A DNA stretch of 64,000 nt, taken from contig JAHHIM010000065.1 in the NCBI GenBank assembly GCA_019358915.1, positions 288,001-352,000 on the forward strand, written 5' to 3'. Under the pieces are notes generated by a model. That model saw nothing but the letters and a program-made list of their open reading frames with translations, searched no databases and was not told where the DNA came from. This stretch comes from Trichormus sp. ATA11-4-KO1 (GTDB lineage: Bacteria > Cyanobacteriota > Cyanobacteriia > Cyanobacteriales > Nostocaceae). Shown here piece after piece: positions 10,266-20,809 of the stretch. The number at the start of each line of letters is the position of its first letter. The stretch's first letter is position 1. A program made the translations under genes and the position numbers.

Positions 10266-10565
10266 ATGGCTACCTATCAAGTTAGATTAATCAGCAAAAA
10301 AGAAAACATCGATACCACCATTGAAGTGGACGAAGAAACCACAATTTTGGAAGCAGCAGAAGAAAATGGTATTGAGTTACCTTTTTCTTGTCATTCCGGT
10401 TCTTGCTCTAGTTGTGTAGGCAAAGTAGTTGAAGGTGAAGTTGATCAATCTGATCAAATCTTTTTAGATGACGAGCAAATGTCTAAAGGCTTCGCCCTAC
10501 TTTGTGTAACTTATCCTCGTTCTAATTGCACAATTAAGACTCACCAAGAACCATATCTTGTCTAA
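10266..10565 (+). CDS. fdxH: Heterocyst [2Fe-2S] ferredoxin
   Basis: [26 protein letters not shown]. Confidence 0.96.
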   Translation: MATYQVRLISKKENIDTTIEVDEETTILEAAEENGIELPFSCHSGSCSSCVGKVVEGEVDQSDQIFLDDEQMSKGFALLCVTYPRSNCTIKTHQEPYLV

Positions 10566-10609
10566 AGTCTTACTTTTAACGCTACACTGACAAATATTTG
10601 AAATTTAAG

Positions 10610-10642
10610 ATGAAGGATATTATTTATCCTTCATTTTTGTTT
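10610..10642 (+). terminator. Probable intrinsic terminator of the nif transcript
   Basis: ATGAAGGATA-loop-TATCCTTCAT followed by a T-tract. Confidence 0.6.
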
Positions 10643-10727
10643 TTAACTCAGATTATCACAAACTTAATGTGGCGAGATTTGATATTTTATCAACTATTTC
10701 CGCAATCCCCAAGATTGTTGCGGGAAT

Positions 10728-10833
10728 TATAGCCTTTCTTGTCCTGGTGAGGTACAAACAAAAATAATTAAACGCAGATGAACGCGGATAAACGCGGATG
10801 AATTTGTACTCCAGCAGACTAGTAAACGCTATA
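10728..10833 (+). mobile_element. 106-bp MITE, copy 1
   Basis: TATAGC...GCTATA ends and internal AACGCGGAT repeats; exact reverse complement of 14910-15015. Confidence 0.85.
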
Positions 10834-10868
10834 TTGGCAAATCCAGTTACAAATACAGATTTTCTGAC

Positions 10869-12041
10869 TCAGCTTTCAGAATTTTCTTGTACAGAACTAA
10901 GCCAGCGACTAGTAATTTTTTGTAAAGAACCATTTTCAGACATCCGCAGCAATTCAATGTTGATATCCTTTTTTAAAGAACTATTGATGGGTAAGACAAA
11001 CCCATAAAGCTCAGTTCCTAAAGTCAAGTCAGTTAATTTGAGATTCAGTTCGGGATTTTGATTCAGGTAGTATTCTATAGCAGGACGGTCGAAGACTACT
11101 GCATCGGCTTGTTCCGCAGATAATAGTTTTACAGCATCGGCTAGGGTGGGGACTTCTTGAACGCGACTGCTATAGTTCTGCACAACCTCGGCACTAGATG
11201 AACCACTGATGGTTGCTACCCTGGCATCTTCTAGGTTTAAAGGACTGGTAAATTGTTCAGTAGAACCACCAGATAAGGCGATAGTTATAGCCGAAGCCAG
11301 TCCGGCTGTGAGTGAAGAAACTGTCACCAAAGCCAAAATCATCCAAGTCCCAGCAATGAGACGACCAAGACGGGTTACAGGGGCGCGATCGCCATAACCT
11401 ACAGTAGTTAATGTTACCAGTGCAAACCACATCCCGTTACCCACTCCCTGAACATAATTTTTCGGGAATTGTTCGCTATTTTTATTGCGTTCCGCCAACC
11501 ACACTAAATTCCCGACTACGAACATGAGGATAACTAATACCCCAATTGAGGTTAAAACCGCAGTCTCAAAAAAAGGTTGAACCCGACTCCAAAGACTAGG
11601 ATCGTCAGATGTTGTTAAGACGGCAATCTCTGTAGAAAAATAAGGTTGGGTAAAATCAACTGTTTGTAGACGTTGGGCAGTGATTGTAATGGGGCCAACC
11701 AACAAATCTAATTCTCCCTGCTCCACAACATTTAGGGCATTAGCAACGCTAGACTGAGGTATGATTTCATACTCTATTTTTTGAGAGCGTGCTACTTCTG
11801 ACCATACTTCCAAACTAATGCCGGAAGTGTCAGTATCTTTGCGAACTACAAACGGAGGTGAACCGGCTACACCCACTCGCAAAGGTGCGGCTGAAGCTAA
11901 AGTAGGGACAGAAATAACTAAGGCTACAGCTACCCCAGTCAAGCAATTGTAGTTGGTTGCAACACCCTTGCGGACGTGCAACATAGATGCAGACAACATG
12001 GTATGCAGTTGCTTTGACTGTAGGAATTGCCGAAAATTCAT
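10869..12041 (-). CDS. GluR0-like ligand-gated potassium channel (split solute-binding domain plus K+ pore)
   Basis: Signal-like N-terminus, S1 segment (PITITAQRLQTVDFTQPY), TM-pore-TM with TTVGYGD filter, S2 segment (AVVFDRP). Confidence 0.88.
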   Translation of the reverse strand: MNFRQFLQSKQLHTMLSASMLHVRKGVATNYNCLTGVAVALVISVPTLASAAPLRVGVAGSPPFVVRKDTDTSGISLEVWSEVARSQKIEYEIIPQSSVANALNVVEQGELDLLVGPITITAQRLQTVDFTQPYFSTEIAVLTTSDDPSLWSRVQPFFETAVLTSIGVLVILMFVVGNLVWLAERNKNSEQFPKNYVQGVGNGMWFALVTLTTVGYGDRAPVTRLGRLIAGTWMILALVTVSSLTAGLASAITIALSGGSTEQFTSPLNLEDARVATISGSSSAEVVQNYSSRVQEVPTLADAVKLLSAEQADAVVFDRPAIEYYLNQNPELNLKLTDLTLGTELYGFVLPINSSLKKDINIELLRMSENGSLQKITSRWLSSVQENSES

Positions 12042-12381
12042 TAGTTATTTACTCCTTACGTGTTCAGGCGATCGCACATCACAAAAGGTTATATTGCTGC
12101 TTGAGCAATTTATGGGTAAGACAATACCCCTTAATCTATCACTATCAAACTATTGACAAATTTGCCAAGCTTGCTTACAAAGCCAAGGATGTAGAAAAAC
12201 AGTTTTCATCTGCGTATTTTAAAAAATACAATTGTCAAAATTACTGCTTTTTTAGAGGGAATTTAGTTTGTTTTAACTATGATACAGCTTCGATGAAAGC
12301 TACAAGGGAAGGTGTGTATGCTGTTGTTAAAGATTTCATTGATATTGGCGTAAATATGAATACTAGAAATAATGACGTGTG

Positions 12382-13531
12382 CAATTGAATCTCAATAATC
12401 CCGTGCATTCGTTTATCTGATTAACTAGTGCCGTTACTTTTAAAAAAGAAAAAGTATATCAAGATGTGACTGATAAACTACAGGTAAATCCGTCAGCAGG
12501 CGCGCTATATCCCACAGAGGTTTATGTACAAATTCGGGGCATACCGGAAATAGTAGATGGTTTATATCATCTAGAAGTTGAGAATAATTGTCTAACGCTG
12601 ATTTATGAATTAATAGATGATGGCTTAGAGAGTTATATTATACCGAGCAGAAGTATCAAGGGATGCATTTTTTTAATTAGTTGTGTTTATTATAGGTCTA
12701 GTTGGAAATATCAAGATAGGAGCCTGAGATATTGCTTTTTAGATAGCGGACATCATTTAGGTGCTGTTGCTGCATCAGCCTATCTCCATGACCAAGATAT
12801 CAAGTTAATTTTTGACTTTGATAAACTTGCTCCCAATACAGACTTAGGCTTTGAGAATAAAGAGTTTGTTACTGCTGCTCTTGTTTCAGGTGAAGATCAA
12901 GAAAAGGAAGTTAAACGCTTCAGACTGAAGATTCCTTTTGTCTGTGCTACAGATTATTTTGAAGCTAATCAATTGATTGAAGATAGCTATCAAGTAACAG
13001 CTGTGCAAAGGAGTCACCCGCAGCTATTAAAACAGCCTCAGTTTAACTTTGATAAGGATAAATTTTATCAAACTGTGTGGAATAGACGTTCGATTAGACG
13101 TTTCCGGAAACAGTCGATTTCTCAAGAAGATTATTTATATATCTTGCAGCAACTTGAGCAGCCAATACCGACAGAAAATTTTGAAGAAATTGAAATTTAC
13201 TCTGTCGTGCATCGGGTAGAGGGGATGTCACCTGGATTATATAAAGGTACGCATCTGCTTAAGTCTGGGAATTTCTCGGAGAAGACAGGTTACTTATGCA
13301 TCAATCAAGCGATCGCTAGAGATTGTGCTGTGACTTTCTTTTTTGTATCTGACTATATAAATTATCAAACTGCTATGCAATTAGCTGGCTTTTTAGGACA
13401 AAAAATTTATTTAGTTAGCAATTATTCAAACCTTGATTGTAGTGGAATTGGTGCTTACTAAGATGATGAAACCCAAGAATTTTTTAGAAACTATTAAAGA
13501 TGTTCTCTATGGAATGGCATTTGGAAAATAA
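12382..13531 (+). pseudogene. SagB-type double-domain nitroreductase, inactivated
   Basis: NPSAGALYP, RYCFLDSGH, RRSIRRF and SGIGAY motifs; in-frame TGA at 12418, TAA at 13459, then a frameshifted tail ...KDVLYGMAFGK*. Confidence 0.8.
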
Positions 13532-13549
13532 ATAGGATCAGAAACAGAG

Positions 13550-13927
13550 ATGACTAACAATCAGTTTTACTTTGATAATGAAGATTCCCATCCGATGCAG
13601 CCGACATCGGCGGATATTATCCTGCGGCAACAGCTAGAGTATTCTATTAGTAAATACTTTTACGAAGGTTGCGATCGCACGATTCAAAATCTGCTCTCTA
13701 ATTGTCGCTGGTATGTCACAACCCGCGCTAATGCGATGACGTTAGTGATTGAATGTCCTGATCAAGTTACTAACTGGCGGGTTTTACAGCAAATCGTGCC
13801 CATGGGAACATTGCTTTACTCAATTATTAGCAGTGCTAAAATCCGAGTTTGTCCCCCAGATAGTCAAGGTATACCTTTTGAAATGAGGGTAGATGAACTT
13901 TCTGTTTATCGCGATTGGGCGGGATAA
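13550..13927 (+). CDS. Hypothetical protein, probably conserved in cyanobacteria
   Basis: 125-aa ATG ORF with globular-protein composition. Confidence 0.7.
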   Translation: MTNNQFYFDNEDSHPMQPTSADIILRQQLEYSISKYFYEGCDRTIQNLLSNCRWYVTTRANAMTLVIECPDQVTNWRVLQQIVPMGTLLYSIISSAKIRVCPPDSQGIPFEMRVDELSVYRDWAG

Positions 13928-13940
13928 TTCGTAATTTAGT

Positions 13941-14402
13941 TTACTGGTTAATGAGTTTGGTTAGTTCTGCAAAAACTAAATCGGCGGAGTGTTTGACTAC
14001 GGGACTTAATTCTAGTCCTAAATCAAGATTTGCGGCTTCAATTAAGTAAACTGTCACATCTTGGGGAAAATCATTGTGAAAGATTTTTCTACCGGCGGCT
14101 AAAGCATTGTCCCAGCGAAAATCATGCAAGTTGTAACTAGGTTCTGGTAAAGCTTCTAGTTCTTCTCCTGGAACTTTAAACACAGCACCAGGTTCGGAAC
14201 CTGTGGAACTTGCATCAATAATTACTAATTGTTTGCTACCTCTAGCTTGAAACATTACTTCCATTCCGGCTGTACCGCAGTCATACACTCGCACATTAGG
14301 ATGGGTATTTTCGGCTAGATATTGTTGTAGGCGTTGGGCAATAATTACGCCTACTGCGTCGTCACTGCGATTAAGATTTCCGCAACCAATGATAGTCAGC
14401 AT
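13941..14402 (-). CDS. hupW: Uptake-hydrogenase maturation protease
   Basis: IGCGNLNRSDDAVG, DCGT, IIDA and NLHDFRWD motifs; near the nif cluster as in other Nostocales. Confidence 0.85.
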   Translation of the reverse strand: MLTIIGCGNLNRSDDAVGVIIAQRLQQYLAENTHPNVRVYDCGTAGMEVMFQARGSKQLVIIDASSTGSEPGAVFKVPGEELEALPEPSYNLHDFRWDNALAAGRKIFHNDFPQDVTVYLIEAANLDLGLELSPVVKHSADLVFAELTKLINQ

Positions 14403-14588
14403 GGGATGAGATTGATATTTTCTTTATTCTTAGTATTCAAGATTCTTTACTGTAAAAACTTTCCATTGTGAGTAAATTCTCAAGGTAGATATCCATATAG
14501 CTTATGTTCGGTTTTTTCTACCTAAATCCCTGACTAAAAGATATGAATAATATGTAGCCTGGAAGTGTAAATTAAGTATATTTTCATT

Positions 14589-14924
14589 TTGTATACACAA
14601 ATCATTTATCGAGTACTATTACTTTTACCTCCTATTGATTCACAATCTAATCAAGGGGGTGCATTAATTCTTGAAGAGTCTACAACAGATCCAGGTTATA
14701 AAAAAGGTGACTCCTTCAGGGTTACAAAAAAAGTTGGAATAGAAACTCCTACAAGTTTAGAAAATCAAGAATTTACTTTCCTTGTAACTGTTCTAGAGCC
14801 TAAATTTCATTATGATGGTAATACAAAATTTGTCCATATTATGGTGGAATCGCCTGACAGAACTATTACCAAAGCATATACAGATGCACTCAAAGTTCTA
14901 AACTCCAGATATAGCGTTTACTAG
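14589..14924 (+). CDS. Hypothetical AT-rich ORF whose stop codon is supplied by the MITE
   Basis: 111-aa ORF with TTG start; last codons and TAG lie inside MITE copy 2. Confidence 0.5.
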   Translation: MYTQIIYRVLLLLPPIDSQSNQGGALILEESTTDPGYKKGDSFRVTKKVGIETPTSLENQEFTFLVTVLEPKFHYDGNTKFVHIMVESPDRTITKAYTDALKVLNSRYSVY

Positions 14925-15015
14925 TCTGCTGGAGTACAAATTCATCCGCGTTTATCCGCGTTCATCTGCGTTTAATTATTTTTGTTTGTACCTCACCAGG
15001 ACAAGAAAGGCTATA
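14910..15015 (-). mobile_element. 106-bp MITE, copy 2 (inverted)
   Basis: Exact reverse complement of 10728-10833. Confidence 0.85.
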
Positions 15016-15085
15016 AGTTCCTGAATCAGAGGCTTTGTCTGTTTCATCAGTCGAAGCCTCTGAAAAATAAATTATCAGCTAGAAA

Positions 15086-15508
15086 CTAAAACTTGACATC
15101 ATATTTACTAGCAATTTCTATGAATTTTTCACATTGCTGTTGTGATGCTAGAGAAATTATCATTTCTGCTTGTTCTGGAGTGTTGCCATCTTTAGGAATT
15201 AAATACTTGACATAAAGTGCTATAAAATCAGCTACAACTGCCAAACCAGATAAACCATGTTTGTCAGCTTCCTTACCCGCGATCGCAGCTACTAAACCTG
15301 CTTTAATTGGGTCTGGTTTAACTTTCATGAACTGATCTACTAGCTTAGGAATGTATTCTGCTGGTGGTAAATTATCTAACTTAGTTTTGTCAGGAGTAAA
15401 GTCACAGTCTGCGGATTTTGCCTGTTCTAAAACACACCATTCTATAAACTCTTGTAGTGCTGCTTCAGGAAGGCGAGGGAGATATTTATGTAGCGCTATA
15501 TCAGACAC
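15086..15508 (-). CDS. Hypothetical protein upstream of hupW
   Basis: 140-aa ORF, same strand as hupW; hairpin TCAGAGGCTT..AAGCCTCTGA downstream. Confidence 0.75.
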   Translation of the reverse strand: MSDIALHKYLPRLPEAALQEFIEWCVLEQAKSADCDFTPDKTKLDNLPPAEYIPKLVDQFMKVKPDPIKAGLVAAIAGKEADKHGLSGLAVVADFIALYVKYLIPKDGNTPEQAEMIISLASQQQCEKFIEIASKYDVKF

Positions 15509-15698
15509 AAGCTTACCGTGTGAATTTTGTTTTATTGAAGTGCATCAAAGCTAGCCTAACGCATTGTTTATATAAGTTTTAGTGTGTTACGCTACGACTG
15601 TTGAATAAATATTGAAATGAATTATATTTTGGTGTTTTGTCCAGAAGCTTGTGAAGACTAGATGAGTTTCATGGTTGTTACGAAAAAGGCAGAAACTA

Positions 15699-16385
15699 AT
15701 GGGTTTTAATCTTGAAAATGTCATTCCTTGGGGACGTTCAATGCAGGAATACATCAAGATGTTCAACTTAACTCCTGAAGACCTCAAGTTAAATATCCTC
15801 GATTGTGCTGGCGGGCCTGCTAGTTTCAATGCAGAAATGATGCTTCAAGGCTATAAAGTAACCTCTTGTGATCCGATTTATCAATTCACAGCAGATGAAA
15901 TTTATACGCGTATTCAAGACACTTACGAAACAGTAATCCAAGGTGTAAAAGCCAATCAAAAATGCTATCTTTGGCAAGATATCCAGTCACCTGAAATGAT
16001 GGGTGAAATTCGCATGGCAGCTATGCGTCAATTTTTAGCAGATTTCCCTCTAGGAATTAATCAAGGGCGTTATGTAATAGATGAGTTACCTAACTTGCCT
16101 TTTGAAATCAATCAATTTGATTTAGCTTTATGTTCCCACTTACTCTTTACTTATTCTGATCAACTTGCAGAAGAATTTCATTTAGCGTCAATTTTAGAAA
16201 TGTGTCGAGTAGCCAAGGAAGTACGTATTTTTCCTCTATTAAAACTATCAGGGGAATTATCTCCCTGGCTGCAACCAGTGATAACTGAACTACAAAAACG
16301 AGGTTATGCGGTAGAAATCAAGCAAGTCCCTTATGAATTTCAGCAGAATGGTAACCAAATATTGCGTGTGAACTCAGATAGATAA
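15699..16385 (+). CDS. Class I SAM-dependent methyltransferase
   Basis: ILDCAGGPASF motif I; FDLALCSHLLF. Confidence 0.85.
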   Translation: MGFNLENVIPWGRSMQEYIKMFNLTPEDLKLNILDCAGGPASFNAEMMLQGYKVTSCDPIYQFTADEIYTRIQDTYETVIQGVKANQKCYLWQDIQSPEMMGEIRMAAMRQFLADFPLGINQGRYVIDELPNLPFEINQFDLALCSHLLFTYSDQLAEEFHLASILEMCRVAKEVRIFPLLKLSGELSPWLQPVITELQKRGYAVEIKQVPYEFQQNGNQILRVNSDR

Positions 16386-16397
16386 ATCCCCGTTTTT

Positions 16398-16868
16398 TTA
16401 AAAGCGAGACTTGGCTTTATCAACTAACAATGATGAGGTAAGTGCTACCATTCCCAGGAGTGCTATTCCGAGACGAAGCAAATGATAAAAGTGCCATTGA
16501 TAACGAAGGGTAGACCAATTACTTGGCGCGGTAAGTGGAGTCCAATTATCAATTTGCTGATTGATTGGTTGAATAAATACTGCCCAGACAACTAACATCA
16601 AAATCATACAAACTAACCCAACTAAAGTTAGCCAAAAAGACTTTCGCTGACGACGAATCAAAACAGTTGCTAGTGTAGCAGAAACAAAAGAGGGAATCTC
16701 AATAAAAGCTAATTTAACTTTATAGCTAATCACCTGATTTTGTACCAAGATGTAGCAATCAATAGGTAATGACAATTTTCCCGGTATCTGCATAAAGTGT
16801 GCATATGAAACGCCTAACTGTACGCCCATCAGCACAACTGCTAGCAGCTGAAAAATCCTTAGTGCCAT
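16398..16868 (-). CDS. DUF1772-like membrane protein
   Basis: Four hydrophobic segments; PIN...W...R.W...H..R pattern. Confidence 0.7.
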   Translation of the reverse strand: MALRIFQLLAVVLMGVQLGVSYAHFMQIPGKLSLPIDCYILVQNQVISYKVKLAFIEIPSFVSATLATVLIRRQRKSFWLTLVGLVCMILMLVVWAVFIQPINQQIDNWTPLTAPSNWSTLRYQWHFYHLLRLGIALLGMVALTSSLLVDKAKSRF

Positions 16869-17037
16869 TGATAATTTCCAGTGACAATTAAAACAAACTT
16901 AAAACTAAAAATGATATGCATAGTAGCTTTTCACTAGACAAAGCTCCTCATCATCAGAGTATATTAAGTGGGAAACCCGCTTGAGCGTGGTTTTGTTTTG
17001 TGTATTTAGCCTGCGGGAAGTATATCAAAAGTATCCC

Positions 17038-17685
17038 ATGAATCAAATAGTTTGGATCGCAAGACACGCCAACCGCCTAGATTTCGTCAACCCTGATTGG
17101 TTTCTCACCGCAGAACGACGTTACGATCCACCTCTGTCTGATGATGGTATGGAACAGGCGCAGCAGTTAGCTAAACGCTTGCAAAAAGAAAAAATTTCTC
17201 ATATTTTCACTTCTCCATTTCTGCGAACTATACAAACAGCTAACGCAGTTGCAGAAGTTTTAGATTTACCCATTAAACTGGAAACAGGTTTGAGTGAGTG
17301 GCTAAATCCCGCTTGGATGACAGAAGAACCAGAAAGACTTTCAGTTCCAGCATTAGCAGAATTATTCCCCAGAATTGATGTTAGCTACACACCGCGCATT
17401 GCTGCTCAATATCCGGAAACTCACGAAAAAGTACGAGCACGTTCTGGACAAACTGCCAGATGTTTAGCTACTGAATGCTATCCCCAGGATATTTTGTTGG
17501 TAGCACATGGTGCATCTGTACTAGGGGCAGCCATGGGGTTAGTGGGGGACATGGCCATAACAGAAGTAAAAGCTTCTTTATGTTCCTTAGTCAAAGTTGT
17601 ACGCCAAGGCCCTGAATGGTTGCTAGAACTAAAGGGAGATACTTCCCATTTGACACAGATAGAGGAAGTAATTCGATTTGCTTAA
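17038..17685 (+). CDS. Histidine phosphatase (phosphoglycerate mutase) family protein
   Basis: IARHANR, SPFLRTIQTA and VAHG motifs. Confidence 0.9.
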   Translation: MNQIVWIARHANRLDFVNPDWFLTAERRYDPPLSDDGMEQAQQLAKRLQKEKISHIFTSPFLRTIQTANAVAEVLDLPIKLETGLSEWLNPAWMTEEPERLSVPALAELFPRIDVSYTPRIAAQYPETHEKVRARSGQTARCLATECYPQDILLVAHGASVLGAAMGLVGDMAITEVKASLCSLVKVVRQGPEWLLELKGDTSHLTQIEEVIRFA

Positions 17686-17770
17686 ATCCCTCATAGGGAT
17701 TTTAAATCATGTTTTGCACCCTCCTGGGTTTACTCTACAGAAAAAGTAATTAATTCGCTAATTAAGTTGT

Positions 17771-18796
17771 ATGACCTTGTTACTAGCAGGAGACATCGGC
17801 GGTACGAAAACTATTTTGCGGTTGGTGGAAGCAGTAGACTCACTAGAGTTACATACTATTCATGAGGAAACATACCGGAGTGGGGATTTTCCTGATTTAG
17901 TACCGTTAGTGCAGCAGTTTCTGCTCAAGGCTAATACACCAGTACCACAAAAGGCTTGTTTTGCGATCGCCGGGCCAGTGGTGAATAATACTGCCAAGCT
18001 AACCAATTTAGCCTGGTTTCTCGATACCGAGCGTTTAAAACAAGAATTAGGCATCGAATCCATTTCCCTAATTAATGACTTTGCGGCTGTAGGTTACGGC
18101 ATTTTCGGGTTAAGTAAACAAGACTTGCTGACTTTGCAAGCTGGCAAACACAAACTAGAAGCACCCATTGCCATTATTGGTGCTGGTACTGGTTTAGGAC
18201 AAGGATTTTTAATTAAACAGGGCAACTACTATCAAGTTTTTCCCTCAGAAGGTGGACACGCTGATTTTGCCCCGCGTAGCGAGTTAGAGTTTCAATTATT
18301 GAAATACCTATTGGATAAACATGATATCCAGCGTGTTTCTGTGGAAAGAGTGGTTTCGGGACAGGGAGTTGTTGCCATTTACCAATTTTTACGTGATCGC
18401 AAAATAGCCGCCGAATCACCAGAAATCGCCCAAATCGTTAGAACCTGGGAACAAGAGGCCGGACATCAAGAAAAGAGCGTTGATCCTGGTGCAGCCATTG
18501 GAACAGCTGCAATCCAAGGAAGCGATCGCCTATCGGTACAAACCTTACAATTATTTGTAGACATTTACGGTGCAGAAGCTGGCAATCTTGCCCTGAAATT
18601 TTTACCTTATGGTGGTTTGTATATTGCTGGTGGGATTGCGCCCAAAATTTTGCCTCTGCTGAAAAACGGCAGTTTTCTCTTAAATTTCAGCCAAAAAGGG
18701 AGGATGCGTCCCATCCTCGAAGAGATCCCTGTGTATGTTATTCTCAATCAACAAGTGGGGCTAATTGGTGCGGCTTTACGTGCTGCTAGGTTATAA
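17771..18796 (+). CDS. glk: Glucokinase
   Basis: AGDIGGTK, INDF, GAGTGLG and SEGGH motifs. Confidence 0.96.
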   Translation: MTLLLAGDIGGTKTILRLVEAVDSLELHTIHEETYRSGDFPDLVPLVQQFLLKANTPVPQKACFAIAGPVVNNTAKLTNLAWFLDTERLKQELGIESISLINDFAAVGYGIFGLSKQDLLTLQAGKHKLEAPIAIIGAGTGLGQGFLIKQGNYYQVFPSEGGHADFAPRSELEFQLLKYLLDKHDIQRVSVERVVSGQGVVAIYQFLRDRKIAAESPEIAQIVRTWEQEAGHQEKSVDPGAAIGTAAIQGSDRLSVQTLQLFVDIYGAEAGNLALKFLPYGGLYIAGGIAPKILPLLKNGSFLLNFSQKGRMRPILEEIPVYVILNQQVGLIGAALRAARL

Positions 18797-18841
18797 CAGC
18801 TGGCATCATCAGTAATATCTGCATCGTCGGTTGCTAAAATT

Positions 18842-19444
18842 ATGACTCTTAGAGGTTTGTTACCACTCATCACCGCCATTGTTATCTGCGGTGGATCTAT
18901 CCTAGTCGAAGCACGTCAACCCCAGCGTCCAGTTTCTGCGGCTAAACCAACTGCTACTCAACCAGTGCAGCCACAATGGAAGTTATTCACTGCCCCAGAT
19001 GGGCGCTTTACTGTTTTAATGCCAGGCCAACCAGAAAGAAATAGTGAAACTCAAAAAACCTACATGGGGGAAATTAACTTAGAAATGTTTGTTGCCCAAC
19101 CACCAAAGCAAGAAGTGGCTTATGTGGTTGTTTACAACGACTTTCCTTACAGTTACGGTCAAATGGCCAATCCCCAAACAATCCTGAATAATGCCAGGGA
19201 TATGGCTTTAAAAACTACGAGAAGTAATTTAATTAGTCAGCGCAACATTCGTAGTTCCAATGGTCATCCTGGCAAAGAAATTGTATATATCAACACTGGC
19301 GGTAAAATCACCAAAAACAGGATGTATGTGACTGAGGGGCGATTGTATCAAGTAATGGCCATTACAAGTAGAAAACAGCAGCAGACTTTAGCTAAAACCA
19401 TTACCGGATATTTAAATTCCTTCCATGTGGTTTTGAAAAAGTGA
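18842..19444 (+). CDS. Exported hypothetical protein
   Basis: Signal-peptide-like N-terminus; 200-aa ORF. Confidence 0.75.
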   Translation: MTLRGLLPLITAIVICGGSILVEARQPQRPVSAAKPTATQPVQPQWKLFTAPDGRFTVLMPGQPERNSETQKTYMGEINLEMFVAQPPKQEVAYVVVYNDFPYSYGQMANPQTILNNARDMALKTTRSNLISQRNIRSSNGHPGKEIVYINTGGKITKNRMYVTEGRLYQVMAITSRKQQQTLAKTITGYLNSFHVVLKK

Positions 19445-19644
19445 AATTTACAGCCATTTTCATGGAAGGAACTGTCAAATAACCAAACATCTCAAATTTT
19501 ATTGTGGGATGGGTGTCCCCACCCGTCCCATCTTTATGTAGGGTTTTTTCATGACAGTTAATAGGCAGTATCAACAAACTACAACAAAAACTGGTAAATT
19601 ACCCTATTAACCTGAAAATTTAGTAATTTAAATAACCAAAAATT

Positions 19645-20745
19645 ATGAAACGCCGAGAGATTCTCAACACAACTGCGATCGCCACGGCAACGGCGGTAAC
19701 TCTAGTTTCCTGTACACGCACGGAAACAGCCGCTAATGTGCAAACTGGAATGCCAAATATCCGGTGGCGAATGGCAACTAGTTGGCCCAAGTCATTAGGT
19801 ATTTTTTCAGGTGCTGATGTAGTTGCTAGGCGAGTGCGAGAAATGACCAACGGACGTTTCACCATTACACCATTTGCGGCGGGGGAGTTGGTTCCAGGAT
19901 TGCAAGTCATGGACTCTGTACAAGCAGGAACTGTAGAATGCGGACATACTGCTAGTTATTATTACATCGGTAAAAATTTAGCTTTAGCTTTTGCCACATC
20001 CGTACCCTTCGGCTTAAATGCCCAACAGCAGAATGCTTGGCTGTATCATGGCGGGGGACTAGAAGTTATGCAAAAAATCTACAGCGACTTCAATATTATT
20101 AATTTTCCCGCAGGTAACACCGGGGCGCAAATGGGGGGATGGTTTAAAAGAGAAATTAACACTGTGGCTGACCTCCAAGGTTTGAAAATGCGGATTCCCG
20201 GATTAGGGGGACAAGTCGTATCTCGTATGGGGGTGAATGTGCAAGTGTTACCCGGAGGCGAAATCTTTTTAGCACTAGATCGCGGTGCAATTGATGCGGC
20301 TGAGTGGGTAGGCCCTTACGATGATGAGAAACTGGGTTTACAGAAAGCTGCACAATTCTACTATTATCCAGGCTGGTGGGAACCAGGTCCGACAATGGAA
20401 GTACTAGTTAACCGTGGTGCGTGGGACAAATTGCCCAAGGAATACCAAGAAATTTTTAAGACAGCGACTCATGAAGCCAACATGAATATGTTAACTGAGT
20501 ATGATGCCTTGAATGGGCAAGCACTTTCGAGATTAAGTGCTGGTGGTACTAAATTAGTTTCCTTCAGCCCAGAAATTATGCAAGCATCGCAAAAAGCCTC
20601 TTTTGATTTATTCGAGGAAAACGCTAGTAAAGATGCAACTTTCAAAGAAGTTTATGAACAGTGGAAAGGCTTCCGCAAGCAAGTTTTTGACTGGAACCGT
20701 GTTAATGAATTAAGTTACGCCAATTTCGCTATTTCTAATAGTTAG
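19645..20745 (+). CDS. dctP: TRAP transporter solute-binding protein (TakP-like, 2-oxo-monocarboxylates)
   Basis: Tat/lipoprotein signal; [24 protein letters not shown] and EWVGPYDD motifs. Confidence 0.92.
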   Translation: MKRREILNTTAIATATAVTLVSCTRTETAANVQTGMPNIRWRMATSWPKSLGIFSGADVVARRVREMTNGRFTITPFAAGELVPGLQVMDSVQAGTVECGHTASYYYIGKNLALAFATSVPFGLNAQQQNAWLYHGGGLEVMQKIYSDFNIINFPAGNTGAQMGGWFKREINTVADLQGLKMRIPGLGGQVVSRMGVNVQVLPGGEIFLALDRGAIDAAEWVGPYDDEKLGLQKAAQFYYYPGWWEPGPTMEVLVNRGAWDKLPKEYQEIFKTATHEANMNMLTEYDALNGQALSRLSAGGTKLVSFSPEIMQASQKASFDLFEENASKDATFKEVYEQWKGFRKQVFDWNRVNELSYANFAISNS

Positions 20746-20809
20746 GGAGTAGGGAGCGGGGGAGCGGGGGAGCAGGATAGTAGTAATTTAATTTTCGGAG
20801 TTACCTAAA

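Noticed and set aside
11987..12388. 133-aa plus-strand ORF
   Set aside because: Overlaps the channel gene start and AT-rich promoter DNA; no recognisable motif
19568..19582. Possible NtcA site upstream of dctP (GTATCAACAAACTAC)
   Set aside because: Spacing is GTA-N9-TAC rather than N8; not supportable without data
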